This document shows, in pieces, positions 46,015 through 55,468 of a stretch of 64,000 nucleotides of DNA. The stretch comes from Candidatus Nomurabacteria bacterium (GTDB lineage: Bacteria > Patescibacteriota > Minisyncoccia > Phycocordibacterales > UBA9973). The position numbers and the translations under genes were made by a program. The DNA lies in the NCBI GenBank assembly GCA_963832025.1, contig CAWHSF010000003.1, forward strand, positions 366,121 through 430,120, given 5' to 3'. Below the pieces are notes generated by a model. That model made no database searches and was not told where the DNA came from. It saw only the letters and a list, made by a program, of their open reading frames with translations. Position 1 is the stretch's first letter, and every line of letters begins with the position of its first letter.

Positions 46015-47046
46015 ATGAATAAAGAAGGGGATATTAGGGCGGTTTACATAGGGCTTCATCCAGATACGCTTATTTACATTGATAAAGCGCCACTCACTGT
46101 CAAAGCGGTGTCTTTTCTTGATTTTCTAGCTACACCAACACTTAATCCAGTGGATGTATTGTTTACTCTTACGTATATCCTTACTGCTCAAAGATACCCC
46201 AAAATAATAGTATGCGCTATTTTTTTTCTATGGACATGTATCAAAATCTTGTCTTCAGATTTACAAATTCGTTACAGTGCATACCTCGCACATATTATCA
46301 AAAATAACATATCAATTATAAATGCGACAAACATAGATATACTCGAAAAAACGATTCACACAGAGGAAATAGATATTATAGTTGTAAATAGTTGGAGTCT
46401 CTTGCCTCAAAAAATTATTGAAATGCCACGATTCGGAGCTATTAATATACATCCGTCCAAATTGCCACAATATATTGGTGCATTGCCGACACTCTGGGCA
46501 CTCAAAAATAAAGATTCTTCTTCTGCTGTTTCGCTTATGAAACTTTTGCCCGGTGTTGACGATGGCCCATTGCTTTCCCAGAGAGAATTTCCTATAACAA
46601 AAAATGACAATGCCATAGACATAGAACATAAAATAGACGAGATTCTTAAAAAATATTTATGGAATGATTTAATTGAATATATACAAAAAATAAAAATTCC
46701 AGTACAACAATCAGGTGTTTCCAGCACAACCGACAAATATATGGCTTACAGACAAATAAAATTGGAACATGAAACAGCCGAAGATATAGTAAATAAGATT
46801 TTACTTTATCCTTATATTGAACCTAAATTATATGCATACACTTACATACTAGGCCGCCCTATTAATTTTAAAAATGCCAAATTAGAAAAAATTACAGCAG
46901 CACACCCTTTAGGAAAATTTACTCTTAAGGGTTGCTTTCTTTTCATCAAGACTGTATCAGAATCGATAAGAGTGCGCCTCTTTAAAGATATATCTATTTC
47001 AGATAGTTTTTTTATACTCAGAAATATTAGAAGAATTAATAATTAA
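46015..47046 (+). CDS. Formyltransferase-family protein (Fmt/ArnA N-domain-like) with an atypical hydrophobic N-terminal ~100 aa
   Basis: IIVVNSWSLLPQKIIEMPRFGAINIHPSKLPQYIGALPTLWALKN...LLPGVDDGPLL matches the HPSLLPxYRG...D core of formyltransferases. R is replaced by I. Confidence 0.55.
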   Translation: MNKEGDIRAVYIGLHPDTLIYIDKAPLTVKAVSFLDFLATPTLNPVDVLFTLTYILTAQRYPKIIVCAIFFLWTCIKILSSDLQIRYSAYLAHIIKNNISIINATNIDILEKTIHTEEIDIIVVNSWSLLPQKIIEMPRFGAINIHPSKLPQYIGALPTLWALKNKDSSSAVSLMKLLPGVDDGPLLSQREFPITKNDNAIDIEHKIDEILKKYLWNDLIEYIQKIKIPVQQSGVSSTTDKYMAYRQIKLEHETAEDIVNKILLYPYIEPKLYAYTYILGRPINFKNAKLEKITAAHPLGKFTLKGCFLFIKTVSESIRVRLFKDISISDSFFILRNIRRINN

Positions 47047-47065
47047 TATGTGTTAATATGACATT

Positions 47066-48741
47066 ATGATCTGTCCATCGTTTCCACAACCTATATATCT
47101 TATTTTCTCAACGCTTGTACCACCGTTGTTATACTACTCTTATTTGCCAGCACTTTTAATTTCATTTCCCTTTGGTATTTTTATTTTTTTTAAAAATCCA
47201 GCTCTGCTTTTAAATAAATTAATATTTGCAATAACAACGTTTTTCGCAATGTGGGCATTTTTTGTTCTTATCCTTTGGACAAATATTAATAGCGACACTA
47301 TCGTATTCTTTTGGTCATTTTTGGGAATTATATCCTCACTTATAGCAGTAAGTACCGTATATTTTGTTTCAGTTTTTTTGAGAAAAGGTAATGATGTAAA
47401 ACTTATAGAAAAAATAATATATTTACTTGTACTCATTCCGGCTATTGTTCTGACACCAACGGCAATAAATCTATCTGGATTTGATTTAAATATTTGCGGT
47501 AGCGCTGGGTATGTAGGTTTTGCATTCGTTTCTTATTATCGTCTTCTCGGATTATTCTCAGTTCTGTGGATTATTGGCCTATTGATTTATTACTATAAAA
47601 AATCAGACCCAATTTTTAGAAAGGAAATAATTTTAATGGGTGTTGGAGTAGTTGCTTTCCTTTCTTTGTTCTCCGGTATTGGATATTACGTCGACTATAT
47701 AACTGCAGCTGGCATAACAGATTCCTATTCCATCGAGTTATATGGTATGTTCGGTATGGTTATATTTATAATTTTTATCGGGATTTTAATCGTCAAGTTT
47801 AAAGCTTTCAATATAAAACTGATTGCTACTCAAGCACTGGTTTGGGCATTAGTGGCTCTGATTGGTTCGGAACTTTTCTTTGCACAGAACAATTTAAATA
47901 GAATACTCATCGCAATTACTTTGGTAGTATCCGCATGGCTTGGACTTGCTATTGTTAGAAGCGTCAAGAAAGAAATTGCGCAGAGGGAGGAATTGGCAAA
48001 ATTAAATATAGATTTGCAAGGTCTGTTGAAACAAAGGGAAAGTTTGATGCATCTTATCAATCACAAAGTTAAAGGATCTTTCACTCGCACCAAGCTTTTG
48101 TTTGATGGTATGTTGACCGGAACATTCGGTGAAATTTCTCCGGAAATAAAGAAAAGAGCTCAGCAAGGCTTGGATTTTGATAATGGGGGATTAGAAACGG
48201 TAGACATAATGCTCAATGTTGCCAGTATGCAAAATGGTCTTATAAAATACGAAATGAAACCGGTTGATTTAAAGGAGATAGTTGAGAAAGTAATTACTGA
48301 AAAGAAAATATCTGTCACAAACAAAGGATTGACAATGGAATCAGACATCAAGCAGGGTAAGTACAATGTCATGGGTGATGCCATTTGGCTCAAAGAAGCA
48401 ATCAATAATTTGGTTGAAAATTCAATCAGATATACGAAAGAAGGAAAATTACAGTTGGGTTGGAAAACAAGCCTGCAGGGGCGCAAGGTGGGGATAATAA
48501 AATTTTATTCTCAGTAAAAGATACAGGGGTAGGTATCACCGACGAAGACAAGAAGAATTTGTTTACTGAAGGCGGACGCGGACAGGACTCCATTAAAGTC
48601 AATGTGGACAGCACTGGGTATGGTCTTTATACCGTGAAAATGGTCGTAGAAGCTCACAAAGGCCGTGTCTGGGGTGAATCCGAAGGTACCGGCAAAGGCT
48701 CTCAATTCTACATCGAATTGCCGGTGGCTCTAGATAAATAA
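47066..48741 (+). CDS. Sensor histidine kinase with a ~9-TM N-terminal domain. One frame break. No adjacent response regulator.
   Basis: H-box SLMHLINHKVKGSF, N-box AINNLVENSIRYT, G-boxes VKDTGVGI and GYGLYTV. ORFs 47066..48517 and 48460..48741 join at the A4 run 48445-48448. Confidence 0.8.
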
Positions 48742-48745
48742 TTTC

Positions 48746-48821
48746 TGGAGCCGCCTCTCGGATTCGAACCGAGGACCTTCACTTTACAAAAGTGTTGCTC
48801 TACCAGCTGAGCTAAGGCGGC
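48746..48821 (-). tRNA. tRNA-Thr (anticodon UGU), CCA encoded
   Basis: The reverse complement gccgccttagctcagctggtagagcaacacttttgtaaagtgaaggtcctcggttcgaatccgagaggcggctcca folds as a cloverleaf. Anticodon loop is ttTGTaa. Confidence 0.9.
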
Positions 48822-48826
48822 ATTCA

Positions 48827-49222
48827 CTATAAATTTTCTTCCTCTTTTATCTGGTGTTTTATTTTCTTAACTTTATGTTTATACTCCGAAATCATTTTTA
48901 AAAATTTGTTTGTTTCTGCTTTTCCTTCACTTTTTTTTGACCTCTTGTTGATGCTATCTTTTACTTTTATTTTTATCAATCCATATTGTTTTTTTACAAA
49001 ATTTACAAAATGGATATAAAATCTAATAGTCGCTACAAGGCCTAGGTAACTGTATTTTTTGATATTTTTTACAGTTGAATGTCGCCATTCTTCATATGAA
49101 TCTTTCATAATATTTTCATTATGGTGAACTAAGACTCCTTCTTGGAGTGCCATCAGCTTTCTACCTATCATGAAAATGATTCCAACAAGTGACCCAAAAA
49201 ATAAAATTAAAAGAAAATACAT
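48827..49222 (-). CDS. Hypothetical membrane protein (131 aa)
   Basis: N-terminal TM helix and Lys-rich C-terminus. Tightly packed between tsf and tRNA-Thr. Confidence 0.45.
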   Translation of the reverse strand: MYFLLILFFGSLVGIIFMIGRKLMALQEGVLVHHNENIMKDSYEEWRHSTVKNIKKYSYLGLVATIRFYIHFVNFVKKQYGLIKIKVKDSINKRSKKSEGKAETNKFLKMISEYKHKVKKIKHQIKEEENL

Positions 49223-49226
49223 ATTT

Positions 49227-50003
49227 TTATATTGAATAACGCTTCATTTCTTTGATTTTTGCCTTCGCTTTTTGGAGAAGTGTTCCTACTGTTTCACTCC
49301 CTTCGCTTTTTATGAATACCTGGTCCAATAAAGTTTTCTCTTTGAAATATGTGGTCATTTTTCCGTCCAACATTTTTTTCTTTATATCCTCAGGCTTGTT
49401 CACATTGGAGATTTCCTTTTCAAAAACTTCCTTCATGGTTTTTTTCACGTCTTCCGTAATTTCATCTTCAGAAATATATTCTGGTTTCATTGCAGCCACG
49501 TGCATGGCGACGTCTTTTGCAAGTTCGGCGTTGCCACCTTCCAAGCTTACGATAATACCAATTTTATTATTATGTAAATAACTACCCAAAACATCTCCCG
49601 TTACTTCATATGCATCTCCGAGTTGAATATTTTCTCCAGTTTTTTGGATGACTCCATCAATCATGTCTTTCGCATCTTTTTTCATTTTTTCTACTCCTTC
49701 TTTCAGAGCTTTGTCCGTCAGTTTGTCCAACAGAGTAGTGAAGTCTTCGTTTTTCGCCACGAAATCGGTCTCGCAGTGAAGAGAAACCAAAACAGCTTTC
49801 CCCTCGGCTGTTTTTATGGATACTCGTCCGTCTTTAACTTCACGACTCATTTTTTTGAGCGCAATATCTGAGCTAGTTTTTTTCAAAATTGCGAGAGCTT
49901 TTTTCATGTCGCCTTCGGCTTCTTCCAAAGCGCGCTTACACTGCATTACCGAGATGCCCGTGGCATCACGAAGTTCTTTCACTTGTTCTGTGGTTATTTG
50001 CAT
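49227..50003 (-). CDS. tsf: Elongation factor Ts
   Basis: UBA-like N-terminus ITTEQVKELRDATGISVMQCKRALEEAEGDMKKAL. Sits downstream of rpsB. Confidence 0.93.
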   Translation of the reverse strand: MQITTEQVKELRDATGISVMQCKRALEEAEGDMKKALAILKKTSSDIALKKMSREVKDGRVSIKTAEGKAVLVSLHCETDFVAKNEDFTTLLDKLTDKALKEGVEKMKKDAKDMIDGVIQKTGENIQLGDAYEVTGDVLGSYLHNNKIGIIVSLEGGNAELAKDVAMHVAAMKPEYISEDEITEDVKKTMKEVFEKEISNVNKPEDIKKKMLDGKMTTYFKEKTLLDQVFIKSEGSETVGTLLQKAKAKIKEMKRYSI

Positions 50004-50020
50004 AGGTTTATTATATTAAT

Positions 50021-50776
50021 TTATTCTTGCCCCGTACCGAGCTTGCTCTGGTGCGGGGTTTTTTCAGGAACGGACATAATTCCTGCTTTATAAGCACCGC
50101 CGATAGCTAACGCAAAAAACTTTATTGAAGGTATTCCTGAATCATTGGCGACAATTGGGTAATCGATTCCTTTAATGTTTGAATCGGAATTTACCAAGGC
50201 AATTACCGGAATGCCGGATTTTCTCCCTTCTGTGACTGCGATACTTTCACTCCTAGCATCTACCACAAACAGTGCATCTGGAGATTTTTTCAAACCGATC
50301 AATCCGGAGTAGTATCTAGAAAGTTTCTCCATTTTTTTAGACATAACTACTCTTTCTTTTTTGGTGTATTTATCAAGACCACCTCCTGCACTATCTTTAT
50401 GATAGTTTTCTAACTCAATGATTCTTTTTTTAATTTCTGAAAAGTTAGAAAGGGTTCCACCAATCCATCTTTCTACTACATAAGGCATATTCAATGATTC
50501 TGCAACTTCTTTTACGGCAACTTTTGCTTCAGGTTTGGTGCCGACAAAAAGTACAGTTTTTCCCTTGGCTCCTAAATTTTTTAGAAACTCGGTAGCCAAA
50601 TCTAGCATTAAGCTTGTTTTTTCAAGGTCAATTATGTCTTCTTTGTTTTTGGTGGCGTAGATATACTTAGAAACAGAAGGGTGTCTTCTGGTTTTACTAT
50701 AGCCGTAATGCGCACCGGCCTTGAACATTTTCTCAATAATTGTATCTGTCTCTTTCTCAAATTCTCTTTTTTGCAT
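50021..50776 (-). CDS. rpsB: 30S ribosomal protein S2 (the internal ATG at 50776 is preferred)
   Basis: Motifs MFKAGAHYGYSKTRRHPS, FVGTKPEAK, ERWIGGTLSNF and FVVDARSESIAVTEGRKSGIPVIALVNSD. Confidence 0.93.
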   Translation of the reverse strand: MQKREFEKETDTIIEKMFKAGAHYGYSKTRRHPSVSKYIYATKNKEDIIDLEKTSLMLDLATEFLKNLGAKGKTVLFVGTKPEAKVAVKEVAESLNMPYVVERWIGGTLSNFSEIKKRIIELENYHKDSAGGGLDKYTKKERVVMSKKMEKLSRYYSGLIGLKKSPDALFVVDARSESIAVTEGRKSGIPVIALVNSDSNIKGIDYPIVANDSGIPSIKFFALAIGGAYKAGIMSVPEKTPHQSKLGTGQE

Positions 50777-50860
50777 AAAAACAATATAGCAGAAAAGTGT
50801 ATGTTTTGCAAACTTTTTACCCTTTGACCAAAAGCTTTTTTTCGAGTAAGATGTCCCTAT

Positions 50861-52108
50861 ATGAGACAATCTAAACTTTTTACAAAAACCAGAAAAGAAA
50901 GCCCGGCGGACGAAGTTTCCAAGAATGCGGAATTTTTAATCCGTGGAGGCTTTGTGCACAAAGAGATGGCGGGGGTGTATAGTTATTTGCCGTTGGGTTT
51001 GCGAGTATTGCGAAAAATCGAGAATATCATCAGGGAAGAAATGAACAAGGTTGGTGGACAAGAAGTCTTGATGTCCACGATGCAACCGAAAGATAATTGG
51101 GAGAAAACCGGTAGATGGACCGCGATGGATGATTTGTATAAAGTCGGAGATTCTTCCGGCAGAGAAGTTGCACTCGGTCCCACTCACGAGGAAATTGTAG
51201 TTCCTATTTTGAAAAACTATGTCACATCCTATAAAGATTTTCCGGTGGCTGTTTACCAGATTCAAAATAAATTTCGTATGGAACTTCGCGCAAAATCCGG
51301 AATGTTGCGAGGCCGCGAATTTATCATGAAAGATATGTATTCCTTTCATACCTCCCAGGAAGATTTTGAACAATTTTACGAAAAAATGAAAGATGTTTAT
51401 AAAACAGTTTTTAATCGAGTCGGTATTGGGCATCTGACCTATCTTACTTTTGCTTCCGGTGGAACTTTCTCAAAATATTCTCACGAATTTCAGACAATTA
51501 CAGGAGCTGGTGAAGATACTATCTATATAGATGAAGGAAGTGGGCAAGCAATTAATCAAGAAATTTCCGGCGATGATGAAGTTTTAACCGCTCTGAATTT
51601 AAGCGCAGAAAAACTAGTTGAACATAAGTCCATCGAAGTCGGAAACATTTTTGATTTAAAGACTAAATATTCAAAACCATTCGATTTATCTTTCACCGAC
51701 GAAAAAGGCGAAAAACATATTGTTTTGATGGGTTGTTATGGAATTGGACTCGGTAGGCTTATGGGTACGGTGGTAGAAGCTCTTTCCGATGACAAAGGGA
51801 TTATTTGGCCGGAAGCTGTGGCACCTTTCATGGTACATTTTCTGGCTCTCGGAGGGGACGAAGCAGTTTCCAAAGAAGCGGAGAAAGTTTATGAAAGCTT
51901 GGAAAAGGCCGGTGTGGAAGTTTTATTTGATGACCGTAAAGATATTTCTGCGGGGGAAAAATTTTCCGATGCGGATTTACTCGGTATTCCTTATCGTGCC
52001 GTTGTCTCCGCTCGCAGTTTAAAAGAGAATGGAATTGAATTAAAAAAACGTTCAGAAGAAAAAGGGAAAATCGTAACTCTAGAAGAATTATTGAAAGTTT
52101 TAAAAATA
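50861..52108 (+). CDS. proS: Proline--tRNA ligase, short form without the INS editing domain. There is no stop codon before mreB in this assembly.
   Basis: Motifs MRQSKLFTKTRKESP...AEFLIRGGF, YQIQNKFRMELRAKSGMLRGREFIMKDMYSF and GCYGIGLGRLMG, plus the anticodon-binding C-terminus. Confidence 0.9.
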
Positions 52109-53156
52109 ATGTTTGAAAAAATTTACAAATTAATCAGTAACGACATCGGCATAGACCTCGGGACTTCAAATACCTTGGTGTATTTGAAAGGGCAGGGTAT
52201 CGTCATAAACGAACCTTCGGTGGTGGCGGTGAATATAAAGACCAATCAAATTTTGGCTGTTGGTACGCAAGCGAAAGAAATGCTTGGACGCACTCCAGGA
52301 CACATCAAGGCGATTCGTCCGCTCGTGGATGGTGTCATTTCTGATTTTGAAGTGACCGAAGAAATGCTTTCTTATCTCATAAACAAAGCGGATAAAATGT
52401 CCAAAAAATTAGCTCGACCGAGAGTGCTCGTCGGTGTGCCTTCCGGCACTACCAACGTAGAGACTCGCGCGGTGTATGATGCGGCACGCAGCGCCGGTGC
52501 GCGAGAAGTTTTTTTAGTTGAAGAACCAATGGCGGCAGCTATCGGCATACGACTTCCCATCAAAGACCCAGTCGGTTCGATGATTATAGATATTGGTGGC
52601 GGTACGACGGACATTGCAGTCATTTCTTTGGGTGGAATTGTAAAATCTAAAAATTTAAAAATAGCTGGCGATAGATTGAACAATGACATCATCAGTTATA
52701 TGCGTGATGAATTTAAAATATTAATTGGCGAGAGAACGGCTGAAATGGTAAAAATCGCTATCGGTTCTGTCATCTCAAGGCGAATATATGGAAACAGAAA
52801 TTCATGGGCGGGACCTCTTGACTGGCTTACCGAGAGAAGTGGTGGTGACTGATTCTGATATTCGTGAAGCACTTGCTGTCTCAATCAAAGGTCTAGTTGA
52901 AGGCGTAAAAGACATGTTGGAAACAACCCCACCGGAAATTTTATCGGACATAATGCACCGAGGTATTACTCTCTCTGGTGGTGGAGCTTTGCTTCCGGGG
53001 CTTGATCAAATGTTGCAAAAAGTTCTTAAAATTCCGGTTTATGTAGTGGAAGACCCACTTTCGGCTGTGGCTCGTGGCACCGGAGTTATTTTAGACGATA
53101 TTGCTCTTTATAAAGAAGTTTTGATTGGTAATCAAGATGAGTTACCTCCTAGATAA
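52109..53156 (+). CDS. mreB: Rod-shape protein MreB, with one frame break near 52770
   Basis: Motifs IGIDLGTSNTLVY, NEPSVVA, RPLVDGVISDF, IDIGGGTTDIAVISLGG, then (other frame) GRDLLTGLPRE and TLSGGGALLPGLD. Confidence 0.88.
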
Positions 53157-53975
53157 AAAAATACAAAGAAAAAAATTTTTTAAAATTGCACTCGGTGTGG
53201 TTGTTTTAATTATTTTATTTTTTTTTCGAACGGGTGTTTGGAACGGATTTTCGGATGTCAGTGAAATAATTTTTCATCCAGTTTTAGTTTTAGGAAAAGG
53301 AATTGAAGAAAAGTTCAAAGATATCGGTTCATATTTTGTTTCCAAAAGTTATCTTTATAATCAAAATCAAAAATTACAAGCAGAGGTTTCTTTTGATGAT
53401 GCACGAATGGCAAACTATAATTCTTTGGTTGCGGATGATGCCAGCTTGAAAGAAATTTTAAGCAGAAAGACCCGAAAGTAAATATGACTTTGGCCGCTAT
53501 TTTATCTAAGCCAAACCAAAGTCCTTATGATACCTTATTGATTGATGCGGGAACTAGCCAAGGTGTCGTAACAGGAAATACGGTTTTTGCTTTAGGCGAT
53601 GTGCCAATTGGTCGTATTTCAGATGTTTATCTAAATTCTGCCAAAGTAGTTTTATTTTCTAATCCGGGAGAAACAACACAAGCAATGATTTCATATCAAA
53701 ATCTCACGCCATCAGCAACTAATTCAACTGCCTCTTCTCCCAACAGTAATGTCTTTGTAAATTTAGTCGGAAGAGGTGGTGGAAATTTTGAAATTGTCAT
53801 ACCAAAAGGTGTGGTTTTGGAAGAGGGAGAGCAAGCGGTATTGCCGGGTATCAATGATTATGTTTTGGGTATTGTGCAAAAAGTAATTTCCGACCCGCGC
53901 AATGCTTTTACCAAAGTATTATTAACTAGTCCGATAAATATTGAGGAGCAAAAATTTGTGGAAATAGAGCAATAG
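53137..53975 (+). CDS. mreC: Rod-shape protein MreC, with one frame break near 53466-53475
   Basis: N-terminal TM helix, a coiled segment (NQNQKLQAEV), then SPYDTLLIDAGTSQGVVTGNTVFALGDVPIGRISDV, typical of the MreC beta-barrel core. Position is directly after mreB. Confidence 0.75.
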
Positions 53976-54010
53976 ACATCGGACATCTTCTAAAGCAGGT
54001 GTCCGATGTC
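53975..54010 (+). repeat. 36-nt hairpin upstream of tgt (copy 1)
   Basis: gacatcggaca-tcttctaaagcagg-tgtccgatgtc: 11-bp stem and 14-nt loop. Confidence 0.8.
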
Positions 54011-54032
54011 TCATAACGCAGAGAAATCCATT

Positions 54033-55344
54033 ATGGAATTTAAAATTGAGAAAAAATTAAAAGGAAGTCTTGGGCGTGCGGGGGTTTTAAAAACAGCACA
54101 TGGAGAAATACACACTCCGGCTTTTGTGGCTGTGGGCACGAAAGCAACAATCAAATCTTTGAATCCGGAACAAGTTCGTGAGGCTGGCGTGGAAGTGGTA
54201 CTTGGCAATACTTATCATTTATATTTACAACCGGGGGATGAAATCGTGCGTGATGCGGGGGGAATAGGGAAGTTTATGAATTGGAAGGGTCCGACCATGA
54301 CCGATTCCGGCGGTTTCCAAGTTTTTTCTTTGGGCGTGGCTTATGGAAAAGATATTTCGAAAATTACCAAAGCCGTGACTGACCCATCGCTTTTAATTCC
54401 GGAACGTTTTGACGATAGTGATGCTCCGCGTTTGGCAAAAATTGGGCAAGACGGAGTTTCTTTTAAATCACATCTAGATGGCTCGGTTCATTACATTACT
54501 CCCGAAAAATCAATTCAAATACAGCACAATCTTGGTGCAGATATAATTTTTGCATTTGATGAATGCACAAGCCCGACAGAAGATTTGAAATATCAAGAAG
54601 AAGCGCTGGAACGCACCCATCGCTGGGCGGAGAGAAGTTTAAGAGAGCATTCTAGGCTTGTCGCCTCGGCTGATACTTTTGCTCAGTCGCTCGGTCCCTC
54701 GCCAAGCTCAGCCACTCCTTTGCAAAAGCATGCATCCTCGGCTCCAGAAAAACTTGAAAGAAGTTTCGCACCAGCTCTTTTTGGCATCGTGCAAGGAGGC
54801 AGAGATGAGCGACTCCGAAAAGAAAGCGCGAAAGCAATCAGCGCTATGGACTTTTGATGGTTTCGGTATTGGTGGAAGTTTTGCCAAAGAAGATATGTCT
54901 ACCGCCGTGCGTTGGGTGAATGAAATTTTGCCGGAAGAAAAACCTAGGCATTTGCTCGGTATCGGCGAACCGGAAGATTTATTTATGGGAGTAGAAAATG
55001 GTGTAGATTTATTTGATTGTGTTTTGCCGACACGGCTCGGTAGAAATGGGACGATTTACACCCAGAATGGAAAAATAATAATAATGAACACAAAATTCAG
55101 AAATGATTTTTCTCCAATTGAAAAAGATTGCGAATGTTACACTTGTAAAAATTATACCAAGGCTTATGTTGCGCATCTCTTTCATGGCAAGGAAATGTTG
55201 GCAGGAACACTAGCATCTATTCACAATTTGCATTTTATAGTCAATTTAGTGAAAAATATTCGGCAATCAATTTTAAATGATAATTTTTTTGAATTTAAAG
55301 AAGATTTTCTTAAAGGGTACTCTGAGACGTTGGACATCTGCTAA
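54033..55344 (+). CDS. tgt: Queuine tRNA-ribosyltransferase, with a GC-rich internal insertion and a frame break in a T4 run
   Basis: Motifs HTPAFVAVGTKATIK, LGNTYHLYLQPG, TDSGGFQVFSL, FDECTSP, LFGIVQGG, GFGIGG, PRHLLGIGEPEDL and zinc site CECYTCKNYTKAY...H. Pieces join at the T4 run 54852-54855. Confidence 0.88.
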
Positions 55345-55361
55345 AGCAGGTGTCCAACGTC
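55326..55361 (+). repeat. 36-nt hairpin at the tgt stop codon (copy 2)
   Basis: gacgttggaca-tctgctaaagcagg-tgtccaacgtc. The loop matches copy 1 apart from one base, and the stem differences are compensatory. Confidence 0.8.
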
Positions 55362-55390
55362 TGGAACCTTTACACTTTTAGGACACTTGC

Positions 55391-55437
55391 TATACCCCCA
55401 CACTTATTTTTTGACTTTAAATAAGTGTGGGGGTATA
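55391..55437 (+). terminator. 19-bp perfect stem hairpin after tgt
   Basis: tatacccccacacttattt-tttgacttt-aaataagtgtgggggtata. Confidence 0.6.
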
Positions 55438-55468
55438 CTAATTTTAATTTAATGCGAGTGAAAAAAAA

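Noticed and set aside
50777-50869. An N-terminal 31-aa extension of rpsB (MSHIGTSYSKKSFWSKGKKFAKHTLFCYIVF) overlapping the proS start
   Set aside because: The extension is not S2-like. The internal ATG at 50776 is followed immediately by conserved S2 sequence and preceded by a plausible promoter (tttgca...tatatt).
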